From Mytilus trossulus (Eukaryota): a stretch of DNA of 64,000 nt. The first letter of the stretch is position 1; each line of letters opens with the position of its first letter. The position numbers and the translations under genes are program-made. Where the stretch lies: NCBI RefSeq assembly GCF_036588685.1, contig NC_086373.1, positions 7,006,001 to 7,070,000 on the forward strand, written 5' to 3'. Positions 43,679 to 54,611 of this stretch are shown piece after piece. The notes under the pieces are model-generated. The model was not told the origin of the DNA. It did not search any database and saw only the letters and a list, made by a program, of their open reading frames with translations.

Positions 43679-44327
43679 AAAGGAGTAGGTCCGCTAAGAC
43701 CCCTTTTTGGCCCCAAAATATAGCAGTTTTACGAAATTGTTAAAATGTAAACTTTTAGTTATTTATTGGACAGTAAAATGCTTCTGCTACATAAATATGT
43801 GCTGTTTTTGACCATACAATGCACATGTATCAGGTATTAGCATCACTGAGTCATGCTAAATTACTGAAAACTTCACAATTTTAGCATTTAAGGTAAATTT
43901 TAGACGGTTTTCGTGTAGAACAAAAGTGGCCGCATTCGTGTTCATCCATAATATTAAAATGTAAGTTGTGTTTGATGATAATACTTAACATGTATAAAGG
44001 TTGAGGATGAACACGGATGCGGCCATTTTCATTTTTGAATAGTTTTAATTGTTTAAATAGTTATCAAAGGTACCAGGATTATAATTTAGTACGCCAGACG
44101 CGCGTTTCGTCTACATAAGACTCATCAGTGACGCTCATATCAAAATATTTATTTTATAAAGCCAAACAAGTACAAAGTTGAAGAGCATTGAGGATCCAAA
44201 ATTCCAAAAGGTGGTGCCAAATACGGCTAAGGTAATCTATTTCTGGGATTAAAAAGTGGTCAAAATCTTTCATAAGATGGACCTGACATTTGAGGCCAAA
44301 ATCGGTCCTTACCGGACCTACTCCTTT
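43679..44327. mobile_element. MITE with about 40-bp TIRs, carrying the ribozyme-bearing insert (about 44040-44250)
   Basis: AAAGGAGTAGGTCCG.TAAG / CTTACCGGACCTACTCCTTT; related older copy at about 3951-5270. Confidence 0.8.
44091..44134 (-). ncRNA. Minimal type I hammerhead ribozyme (Penelope-like-element type)
   Basis: Minus strand: GCGUCA-CUGAUGA-GUCU(uaugu)AGAC-GAAA-CGCGCG-UC-UGGCGU; complete core, stems I and II, palindromic stem III. Confidence 0.85.
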
Positions 44328-46620
44328 CTGTATATCACTTGAATATATTTCGTCCTGAATATGCATGTCATATTGTTCAACTGGGGGTTGAACATCTTAC
44401 GTCATCATCTCCCCTTATATTTAGTCACATCAAAACCCTTTTAAATTGAAAAAGTTGATAAAAAGAAAAAGATGAGCTGACATCTACTCTTGATTTCCAT
44501 ATTACTGGAAATATCGAAATTGTATAAATTGTACCTCTGAAAGGGTTAATATATTTTAAAGATATAACTTAGTAATGGCTTTCAATTCTTCCGTCAATGC
44601 TGAATTATACAAACAAATAGTCCAATTAGCAAACGTGACTTTGAAGATATATTGCGACTCCATATATCTTGACTTGCAAAAGATTGGAATAATGCAATCA
44701 TAGCATTTTACCGAGATAAGACTTCTACCCTAAAATAAAACCAGTGACATTTTACATACTGTGCAACCATTCGGACATTCCAAGTATGAAAATGTGACCT
44801 AAGGTTTAGAGGTTGTATAGATTAAATTAGAAAATTAAAAGGTTCTTGTAATAGAATAAATGCTATATAATTGCTATATAAACACATACAAGACGTTATA
44901 TCTACAGTAAATAGTCAATGTGAAAATGATTAAAAAGTACATTTTAGGCCAAGCTGCCGAATGACAACAACTATTTATGGAATGCAAGTATACATGTACG
45001 TAATATAAAGGTAAGGAGATGTGGTATGATTGTCAATGAGGCAACTATCCACGTTCGAATGACGTAGATTTAAGCAACTATATGTCAGGTATGTGTATTA
45101 AATATACAAAGCATCGATCGTATTCACGGGATAGCAAAAACTAACGAAACCAAATACTTACAAAAAATTCGACTGAATTATGTTGAATGCAATAGTACTT
45201 GATTTCGTTCGCATTAAATGTTGACATCTAATATATTTTTGTTTAAACTTATTGTTTTGTACCCTTACTTCAAATTAAGAGTTAAATTTCTAGTAAATAC
45301 ATAAATAACTATTAGTTTTAAAATGATGGAAAAGAGAAAGAATTAAAATAAGTTGAACCATCATGTAAAATTTAACAAAACAATAATCCTCCACCCCCTC
45401 ATAAAAAGGGAACAGGTGGCCCAATAAGTATTTGTTTATATTCAGTGTATGATATGCTATAGTGACTATAGTATATTGCTTGTTAATGCACGACTTCCTG
45501 ATACTGAAAATGTATTACAAAATACGAATATGCTGGTTAAGCTCACGCCATCTCTAAACTAATGTCGACTATTAAGTTGTATTGACTTCTTATTGGCAAC
45601 CCTCTTGGAGCGACATTCATAGATATGCTGCTGACACAAGTATAATGAACTATATGTGCCTGTCCCAAGTCAGGAGTCTGCAATTCATTGGTTGCCGTTT
45701 GTTTATGTATTACATATTTGTTTTTCGTTATTTTTTTTTTTATTTAAATAAGACCGTTAGTTTTCTCCTTTGAAATGTTTTACATTGTCATATCGGGGAC
45801 TTTTATAGCCGACTATGCGGTATAAGCTTTGCTCATTGATGAAGGCCGTACGGTGACCTATAGTTGTTTATGAATGCGTCATTTTGGTCTCTTGTGGACA
45901 GTTGTCTCATTGACAATCATACCACATCTTCTTTTTTATATATACATATAGGAACAGTTAGTCGGGGATTAATGGGCAACTGAAAAACAGATCGACATCA
46001 AAAGTACTATTGGTGTACATCAACTCTTAATTTTATAGTTTCAAATATGCTATCTTGTATACTCTTTTCCAAAAACAGAATCTATAAAACAAGACATGCA
46101 TACCAACATTCTTTCCATGACCTACTGGATTTGACCCTGGACATACGTTGACCACTGAATGACACGACGGGAACAATTCCTTCTGCATATTGCTTTCAAT
46201 GTATTGTTGTATTGGATTAAAGATAAAACCTTTACAACACCATGCATAATTTAAGTCTTCAAATTATTTAATTAAAATTCATATGAGCCGATTAGAGGTA
46301 AGAGGAGTTGGTTCGTTTCTAGTTTTTTTTTATTTAATCCGTCAACCTATGGCAGAAAAAGGTAGAAGCGTCTTGCACAAGATGAAAAATTGGGAAATTT
46401 GTTCTCAAATTTTAATTTTATGATAGAATAATACTTACGTAATTGGAAATTACATTAGGATTATCTCCCCCTAATTAGTATTCACACCGCCGATCGCGCT
46501 TTAAAATATCAATAAAGCGCTCAGGTATATCGACTCCCACCACGCATGCGTGATTCCCCAGTCTCTCTCGGCGAAAAGTGTTCACCAAAAAAGATTCAAA
46601 AGGGGAGGTGGGTGGGAGCC

Positions 46621-46722
46621 AATTACGTAAGTATTATTCTATCATAAAATTAAAATTTGAGAACAAATTTCCCAATTTTATATTAATTCATAATACTTAC
46701 GTAATTGGAAATTACATTAGGA
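46621..46722 (-). repeat. DIRS internal complementary region (ICR)
   Basis: 46621-46679 is the reverse complement of terminus 46386-46444; 46674-46722 is the reverse complement of terminus 51624-51672; joined through TTTT. Confidence 0.93.
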
Positions 46723-46917
46723 GATTTCTAAGCTATCCACAGCTGAAGAATCTTTCTGTACTTTGTATACTGTATTTTCTTCACATCAGTTCAGATATAA
46801 ATAACACAACACTATACAGTTAAAATTTTTTTCTTCCATTTTCTATAAATTTTTCTCCTTTTTTTTTTTTTTTTTCTTTTTTCAGAATTTTCTTCCATAT
46901 ATATACAAAATTCTTAT

Positions 46918-49782
46918 TTACACAGAATTTAAAACTTCAACATCTATGTGACGTAAATAAAAACGAGTAAAGGTTGATTCCTTTGTCCAGTCTGCTGTGT
47001 CCATAATAGACTTCACAGATGCGCCGTTAAAAAGTGCCCAAGATGGGCCCAAGGCTCTTGTAGAATGAGCACGAAATTTTTTGTCTTTTTCATTGTAAGC
47101 ACATTTAATTGCATTAACAATCCAAGACGAAATAGTCTGTGATGTAACCGGTTTATGCGGTTCAATAAAAGATAAAAACAACTTGATCTCAAACTCACTG
47201 TCAGAGTTTCTAAAAGGTGCAGTTTTCTTCAAATAATAATAAATAGACCGCTTCGGATCTAATAATTTATCTGATTGATAAGACGGAATAAAAATCTTGC
47301 TGCCAAAATGTTTTGGTCTATCCTGTTTTGATAGTCCATGACGAACAAAAGTTACCCCTTTCTTCTGCACAACAATCGACTCTTCTCCAATACACAAAGA
47401 TTGTAAGTCACTGCATCTCCTGAAAGAAGTAATTGCAATTAAGAATGCAGTTTTCCAAGAAATAAACTTCAAATGAGCATGTTTCATTGGTTCAAAAGGT
47501 GCTTGTTTTAATTTTTTTAAAACTAAGGGTAAGTCCCATTCAGGTAAAAGCACTACTTTTGGAGGTCTCGAGTTAAAAACACCCTTTATAAGACGAGTTA
47601 TATAAGGATGTTGTCCTACTGGAATTTTCCCAATTGGAGCTAGGAATGAGGATAACATAGATCTATAACCAGCTATGGTTCTATACTGAAGACCTTCTGA
47701 GAATAAAAATGTCAAAAACTCAGCCGCCTCCGTCAAAGAGGCACTATAGGGATCAATTTCCCGTCTACTACACCAGCTATTGAATTTTCGAAATTTGACA
47801 GAGTAATCTTTTTGAGTCCCAGAGCGCCATGAGGCTCTGAGTAATTTTCTAGTTTCTTTAGAAAAACCTTTCTCTTTAAACTGTTTGTCGATAAAAACCA
47901 TGCAGTCAGATTGAATACTGCTGGATTTGGATGAAATATGTTTGTTTTTGGCTGGTGTAATAGATCCTCCCTGACTGGCAGGCTCCTTGGATAATCTATT
48001 ATGTACTTCAGAAGATTTGTGTACCAATGTCTGCGCGGCCAATGTGGGGCTATTAGAATTAACTGACAATTGTACTTTGTCATGTGTTGTAGTATTTTTG
48101 GTATTAGACAAATTGGAGGGTAAGCATATGCATACATGTTGTTCCAAGGAATTGTTAGAGCATCTATTGCATAAGCCTGAGAGTCTGGGTTCCAGGAGCA
48201 ATAGATCTGTGTTTGTCGATTTTTCGCAGAGGCGAAAAGATCTATGTGAGGTGTCTCCCAAATCTGAAACATTGCATGAGTTATCTCTTTGTTTAATGAC
48301 CATTCCGTTGGTTGAATTTTTACCCTGCTTAAATGGTCTGCTAGAATGTTCTTTTTTCCTGCAATGTGTGCAGCTTTCAGAAAAATTTGATTTTCTAGCG
48401 CTAATTGCCAAAGTTTCCAAGTTCTCATACATAGCTGGGGAGAACGAGTGCCTCCTTGTTTGTTTATGTAACGAACAACGGTTGAATTGTCTGACCGAAT
48501 AAGAACATTTTTGTTTATCAATTTTGGGAGAAAATGTTTTACAGTTAGAAAAACTGCCTCCATTTCTAAAGAATTTATGTGGAGAAGTTTTTCTTCTACT
48601 GACCATGTACCCTGAACTATGAGACTGTTGTTGATGTGACCTCCGTACCCTGAATTTGATGCGTCTGTTGTTACTGTTATTGACGTTTCCCAAGGTGTTA
48701 TTGATCTGCCTATGACCAAATTTTCTATTTTTAACCACCATCTGAGGTGACCTTTTAGATGTTTCGAAAAAGGAATTTTTATTCCTAGATTTTGACAAAC
48801 TGGTTTCCAATGATAAAGGAGGTGTAACTGAATTGGTCTCATAAAGAGTCTTGCATTTGGAATTAATTCTATGCATGAAGCCATAATACCTAATAATTGT
48901 AGAAAATCTCTTGCTGTTGCTTGATTTTGCTTGTTTAAGATAAGTTCTACTGCAGAAAGGAGTTTTGACACCCTTTCTGATGTAGGACGAACCATTCCCT
49001 CTTTTAGAGAAAACAGTGCTCCTATGTATGTTATTGATTGTGTTGGAATTAGGCTCGACTTTTCTAGATTTACTACAAATCCTAAATTTGTTAGGAGTTT
49101 TAGCGTTTTCTCTCGATCTGAAATCAGCATTTTTTTGGTCTGATTTAGCAAAAACCAATCGTCTAGATAAGTTGCTAGACGAATATTTTGGGCTCGTAAA
49201 TGAGCTGCCACTACAGAACACACTTTTGTGAAAATTCGTGGTGCTGATGTTGGACCGAAGCACAGCACCAGAAATTGGTAACACTGATTGTTGACACAAA
49301 ATCTTAGATACTTTTTGTGTGTTTCGTGAATTGGTATGTGGAAATAAGCATCTTTCAGATCGAGAGAAATTGCCCAATCTCCTTTTTGTACTAAGTTTAA
49401 GACACTGTTTAGAGAATCCATTTTGAAGTGTTTTTTCTGAAGACACTTGTTCAGAGGTTTTAAATTTATGACAGGTCTCAAATCGCCTGTCTTTTTTGGT
49501 ACTAGAAAAAACGTACTGTAAAAACCGTAGTTTTTTTCTTTTACAGGTACATTTTCTATAGCGTTTTTTCCAAAAAGTTGATCTATTTCTGATAACAGAA
49601 TAGGTAAATCTTTCGCAGGAACATTTGTTTTCTTTATTCCTGTTTGTGGGATTTTCCCCGAAAATTCCAATTTGTAACCCTCTTTTATTATTTTTAAAAC
49701 CCAACTGTCGTTTGTTATTTTTGCCCAATTTTGCCAAAAAAGTTTTAAACGACCTCCTACAGGTATCTCTGGATTCTGACAT
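46918..49782 (-). CDS. DIRS tyrosine recombinase ORF (954 aa; YR/integrase domains in the C-terminal about 330 aa)
   Basis: Catalytic set visible: RRCSDL (R), LSKQ (K), HSTR (HxxR), ADW (W), TFTRFY (Y); preceded by a SAM-like binding region (ASWRSGTQKDY...). Confidence 0.93.
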   Translation of the reverse strand: MSESRDTCRRSFKTFLAKLGKNNKRQLGFKNNKRGLQIGIFGENPTNRNKENKCSCERFTYSVIRNRSTFWKKRYRKCTCKRKKLRFLQYVFSSTKKDRRFETCHKFKTSEQVSSEKTLQNGFSKQCLKLSTKRRLGNFSRSERCLFPHTNSRNTQKVSKILCQQSVLPISGAVLRSNISTTNFHKSVFCSGSSFTSPKYSSSNLSRRLVFAKSDQKNADFRSRENAKTPNKFRICSKSRKVEPNSNTINNIHRSTVFSKRGNGSSYIRKGVKTPFCSRTYLKQAKSSNSKRFSTIIRYYGFMHRINSKCKTLYETNSVTPPLSLETSLSKSRNKNSFFETSKRSPQMVVKNRKFGHRQINNTLGNVNNSNNRRIKFRVRRSHQQQSHSSGYMVSRRKTSPHKFFRNGGSFSNCKTFSPKIDKQKCSYSVRQFNRCSLHKQTRRHSFSPAMYENLETLAISARKSNFSESCTHCRKKEHSSRPFKQGKNSTNGMVIKQRDNSCNVSDLGDTSHRSFRLCEKSTNTDLLLLEPRLSGLCNRCSNNSLEQHVCICLPSNLSNTKNTTTHDKVQLSVNSNSPTLAAQTLVHKSSEVHNRLSKEPASQGGSITPAKNKHISSKSSSIQSDCMVFIDKQFKEKGFSKETRKLLRASWRSGTQKDYSVKFRKFNSWCSRREIDPYSASLTEAAEFLTFLFSEGLQYRTIAGYRSMLSSFLAPIGKIPVGQHPYITRLIKGVFNSRPPKVVLLPEWDLPLVLKKLKQAPFEPMKHAHLKFISWKTAFLIAITSFRRCSDLQSLCIGEESIVVQKKGVTFVRHGLSKQDRPKHFGSKIFIPSYQSDKLLDPKRSIYYYLKKTAPFRNSDSEFEIKLFLSFIEPHKPVTSQTISSWIVNAIKCAYNEKDKKFRAHSTRALGPSWALFNGASVKSIMDTADWTKESTFTRFYLRHIDVEVLNSV

Positions 49783-49916
49783 AAAATATTTACCTGCTTT
49801 TTGTAGTCATTTAGATCTACCATTGCCACGAAAAGAACCTTTCTTTTCACCATCAGCCTCTTTTCTACCAGAACCAAAGCGTCTGAAATTAGGTTTAAAT
49901 CCACCTTTGTTTTCAC
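47733..49916 (-). CDS. DIRS pol: reverse transcriptase, RNase H and DAM-like methyltransferase domain (true start uncertain)
   Basis: PVGGRL, RPVINLK, SLDLKDAYFHIPI, LCFG...APRIFTK, YLDDW (RT); TTDAS, HINSLE, SDNSTVV, NILADHLSR (RNase H); IDLFAS and YAYPP (MT-like). Confidence 0.95.
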   Translation of the reverse strand: MKTKVDLNLISDALVLVEKRLMVKRKVLFVAMVDLNDYKKQVNILCQNPEIPVGGRLKLFWQNWAKITNDSWVLKIIKEGYKLEFSGKIPQTGIKKTNVPAKDLPILLSEIDQLFGKNAIENVPVKEKNYGFYSTFFLVPKKTGDLRPVINLKPLNKCLQKKHFKMDSLNSVLNLVQKGDWAISLDLKDAYFHIPIHETHKKYLRFCVNNQCYQFLVLCFGPTSAPRIFTKVCSVVAAHLRAQNIRLATYLDDWFLLNQTKKMLISDREKTLKLLTNLGFVVNLEKSSLIPTQSITYIGALFSLKEGMVRPTSERVSKLLSAVELILNKQNQATARDFLQLLGIMASCIELIPNARLFMRPIQLHLLYHWKPVCQNLGIKIPFSKHLKGHLRWWLKIENLVIGRSITPWETSITVTTDASNSGYGGHINNSLIVQGTWSVEEKLLHINSLEMEAVFLTVKHFLPKLINKNVLIRSDNSTVVRYINKQGGTRSPQLCMRTWKLWQLALENQIFLKAAHIAGKKNILADHLSRVKIQPTEWSLNKEITHAMFQIWETPHIDLFASAKNRQTQIYCSWNPDSQAYAIDALTIPWNNMYAYAYPPICLIPKILQHMTKYNCQLILIAPHWPRRHWYTNLLKYIIDYPRSLPVREDLLHQPKTNIFHPNPAVFNLTAWFLSTNSLKRKVFLKKLENYSEPHGALGLKKITLSNFENSIAGVVDGKLIPIVPL

Positions 49917-51390
49917 TAGGTTTAGCTGCTACCTTAGGAATGCGAAAATTGGAAAAGTCATTTTTAGCTACTTTAGGACCATTAGTGTCTTGGCTAGTAT
50001 GAATGATAGCACTCTTCCTCTTAAAACTTGAAGTTGAGGTAGCTGATTTACGAGTTAACTCTGGTAGTAAATCTTTGATTTGTTTGTTTGTCTCAGAACG
50101 ATTTTTCAGTTTCTCTTCAAAATCTTTCCCAAGAACACCATCACTTGACAATTTAAGAGATAAAAACTTATCATTAAGCTCTGTTATGTCCTCTAGACCT
50201 GTATCTAACAAAGTGGCTTTCCTACGGATCAGATGATGAAATGCACCTGTTCTAGCCGTTTGATCCATAGATTTCACTGACATGGCAAAAATATCCTTGA
50301 CCATTTGTACAAGTAAATCAATATTTGGTTCAGAATCATTGAGTTTTTCCATTAATGAACCTAAGGCTTGTTGCATGTATGCCGTAATAATCAAACCCAT
50401 TCTAGCTGCTGACTGACCTTTGAAAGCCATATTTTCAAAAATTTTCTCAGGTTTAGAAAAAAGTTTATTATGAGCTTTACCAGCATTAGGACCATGTCGT
50501 TTACACAGTAAAGTTTGAGTAATGTCATCTAGTTTTGGTAAGTTAAGAATATCAGCTGATTTATCACTCACTGGAAAACTAGCCCTATATTCCTCTTTAT
50601 AAGTTGACAATAATAAAGGATTATCACAGTGCCATGATTGATTCAAAATATTAATCTGACTTTGATCCAGAACAATACCAGCTTCAGATTTGTCTGGTTT
50701 AGTTTTGGCATCTTCACCAAAAATGTCACCAAGGATATCTCTACTGACATTTTCAGTATCAAGAGAGTCCTTATCAACTACCGAATATCTCTGAAAACGG
50801 TTGTGTGAACTGTTTTTCACAGAAGAATGTTGGGATTCATTATCAGAATCTAAATCTAAATCAAGACCCCTTCTTTCGTCTCTATCCGGTTGAAGGGAAA
50901 TTGCATCATCAATGTCATTATCATGATTTGCAACACTAGCATGTCTGAGAGAATTTTGCCCACCTGACGTGGCAATGTCCCTCGAGTCCTGAGAAATGTT
51001 CTGCCCACCTGAAGTGGCAATTTCTCTGTCCGTTTCTATTTGTCCACCTGAAGTGACAGTTTGTGAAACGAACTTCTCGAAAAGAGGTAGAAAAATGTCC
51101 ATTCGAGAATTCACCGAATTAACGGTCTCTTTGACACTAGAAATTTCTGCCCTCAATTCATTTTCTATGTTTACAGACAAACCTGTTGTTGACAATGTCT
51201 CCGGTTCCTCTGATACTTCTTTAGCACACGTGCTGCTAGCTTTACGAGACTTACTTGTCGTCTTTTTACGACTTCCGGTCTGTTTACCTGACGATTTCTC
51301 GTTTTTATTATCAGAGCGAGACGGAGTAGCTTTAGGAGAATTTGCTTCTTCACTTGCCGAATTAATGGCCGTAATGAAAGCTTCTGCCAT
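49807..51390 (-). CDS. DIRS gag-like ORF1 (527 aa)
   Basis: First long ORF after the 5' ITR; low-complexity S/K-rich N-terminus, helical core and basic C-terminus; position typical of DIRS gag. Confidence 0.85.
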   Translation of the reverse strand: MAEAFITAINSASEEANSPKATPSRSDNKNEKSSGKQTGSRKKTTSKSRKASSTCAKEVSEEPETLSTTGLSVNIENELRAEISSVKETVNSVNSRMDIFLPLFEKFVSQTVTSGGQIETDREIATSGGQNISQDSRDIATSGGQNSLRHASVANHDNDIDDAISLQPDRDERRGLDLDLDSDNESQHSSVKNSSHNRFQRYSVVDKDSLDTENVSRDILGDIFGEDAKTKPDKSEAGIVLDQSQINILNQSWHCDNPLLLSTYKEEYRASFPVSDKSADILNLPKLDDITQTLLCKRHGPNAGKAHNKLFSKPEKIFENMAFKGQSAARMGLIITAYMQQALGSLMEKLNDSEPNIDLLVQMVKDIFAMSVKSMDQTARTGAFHHLIRRKATLLDTGLEDITELNDKFLSLKLSSDGVLGKDFEEKLKNRSETNKQIKDLLPELTRKSATSTSSFKRKSAIIHTSQDTNGPKVAKNDFSNFRIPKVAAKPSENKGGFKPNFRRFGSGRKEADGEKKGSFRGNGRSK

Positions 51391-51936
51391 GTTGACAATG
51401 AAAAGCGTCTATCTCAAAAACTTACAATTAAACTATGAAAATACACGATATATAAATCAAAAAAGTTACATTTCCGAGAGGAAAAAATAAAGCGTGTGAA
51501 CACTTTTCGCCGAAGAAGAAGACTGGGGAATCACGCATGCGTGGTGGGAGTCGATATACCTGAGCGCTTTATTGATATTTTAAAGCGCGATCGGCGGTGT
51601 GAATACTAATTAGGGGGAGATAATCCTAATGTAATTTCCAATTACGTAAGTATTATGAATTAATATAAAATTTATAAATTGTCATATACGAAATTGAATT
51701 GGAATGTTTACATTACATTGAATGGTTTTTAAGACGGTATACAGTAATTTGGGAAACATTTCATCGAAAGAGTTCAAAGTTTGCTGTGCCGCAATTAGTT
51801 GCATCAAAAGTGAAATATTTGTCACTGAACATCAAAATACATTCGAACGACTGTAGTTCTTTTCTTTACAGTTATTCAAATATTATATACCTTTTTAGTA
51901 TGGTGTACTGTATAGTCGTCTCATTGATATTACCAC

Positions 51937-52454
51937 TTTGGAAGATATGGGCTCCAAATTCCTTAGTCAGTATTTTATAAATTCAGAGCCGCGAGATAGG
52001 ATATGCCATTGACGCGCCGGCATATCTTCTTGTGACATTTCTCATCATTTTAGCTTTGTTTACGTTCCCAGGATTAACCAGGGCAACTTGTTCCAGTATA
52101 ATATAGTTTAAAATATGCCATTTTCTTGTTTTCAAATAGAATATTAATAACTGTGTGAAGTGTACTTTGTCGATCATGCAAAACGTTGTTTTTAATTTGG
52201 AAGATATGGGCTCCAAATTCCTTAGTCAGTATTTTATAAATTCAGAGCCGCGAGATAGGATATGCCATTGACGCGCCGGCATATCTTCTTGTGACATTTC
52301 TCATCATTTTAGCTTTGTTTACGTTCCCAGGATTAACCAGGGCAACTTGTTCCAGTATAATAGTTTAAAATATGCCATTTTCTTGTTTTCAAATAGAATA
52401 TTAATAACTGTGTGAAGTGTACTTTGTCGATCATGCAAAACGTTGTTTTTAATT
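51937..52454. repeat. About 259-bp near-perfect tandem duplication
   Basis: TTTGGAAGATATGGGCTCC...GTTGTTTTTAATT twice; second copy lacks 3 nt. Confidence 0.93.
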
Positions 52455-53249
52455 ACTCTCTGTATTGTACTTTTTATTCGTTTATTATTAAAATGTCAGG
52501 TTACCCCTTGATGGTCTATTTTTCTGGCATGAAGTATATATACTATGCTATAATGTGTTACGGTCTATAGTGTCACATCGCAGGCTAGCCAAGAATAAAA
52601 TGCTAACTATAAACAACACATAGAGACAAAAAGTATTATACCGACACATTGCAACTGAGTCTTTCTCGAGACAAAATAAGACAGAATATGCTTATCGTAT
52701 ATATCCAGACCACAAAATATAAGGAAAGGGACCAGATAAGACATGAAGCAGTGTATACTACTGGCAAATCGAGACCACAAACAAAGAAAACGGAATGTAT
52801 TGGAACGCTAATAACGAACAAAATAGGCATGGGAACTTTTCGTTCAGACATGCCAGTCTGAACGCGGAGACTACATACAAACATACAGCTTTAATACAGG
52901 AAACACTTCGTACTGGCAAACTGAGATCAGACAATTTGAAGCACGATTAGACCTTAAACCAAAACAACAATACATATTTTAAAAGGCACATCAAATAGGG
53001 TTTTACAGCTTTATTTGTGTACAACGAAGAACTCTATAAAAGTAATACAAAATAGTTCGAATTAAGCGTCTTGCTTGGAGTTCTCCCCGACACGGACCGT
53101 AACGAACGGTGCAGATCATTACTTGTTGTTCAGATCTATATTTCACTTCAGATCTGGAGATAAAGTTTTAACAATGATACAAAAGTATGCTATCTGCACC
53201 AGTATATAACATAACAATAATTGCAGTTTTGAACATGATAGTTTGTAGT

Positions 53250-54314
<1,065 letters not shown>

Positions 54315-54611
54315 TTACACTGAGGATTTTTTAAAAACTAAATGTTATTGCAATCACTAATTGATCCTAATTGTTTTCAGAAAACATTAGAAATATCTTC
54401 GCATGTTTATTTCTGTTTTAAATAACTCTAAAAATTCATTTCTTAAAAGAAAAAGGAATCAAGTTTTTCTTCTTCAAACTGTGACAAAGTCCAATGCGAG
54501 ACATAATTTGTCGATCCAGGATCAATCGCTTGATTTTTATTTCAAATATCCAATTTTTCAAAGTTTGAATATTCAAATCCGTTGTCGTTAGTAACACGTC
54601 TCAAGTGGTTA

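Larger units (their letters stand above)
46386..51670 (-). mobile_element. Full-length DIRS1-type tyrosine-recombinase retrotransposon
   Basis: Inverted terminal repeats (about 46428-46585 vs 51496-51656), 3' extension, internal complementary region 46621-46722, T-run termini, no TSD, three intact ORFs (gag, RT-RH-MT, YR). Confidence 0.96.

Noticed and set aside
47987-51490. Plus-strand ORFs of 125-171 aa opposite the DIRS genes
   Set aside because: Antisense shadows with no recognisable motifs.
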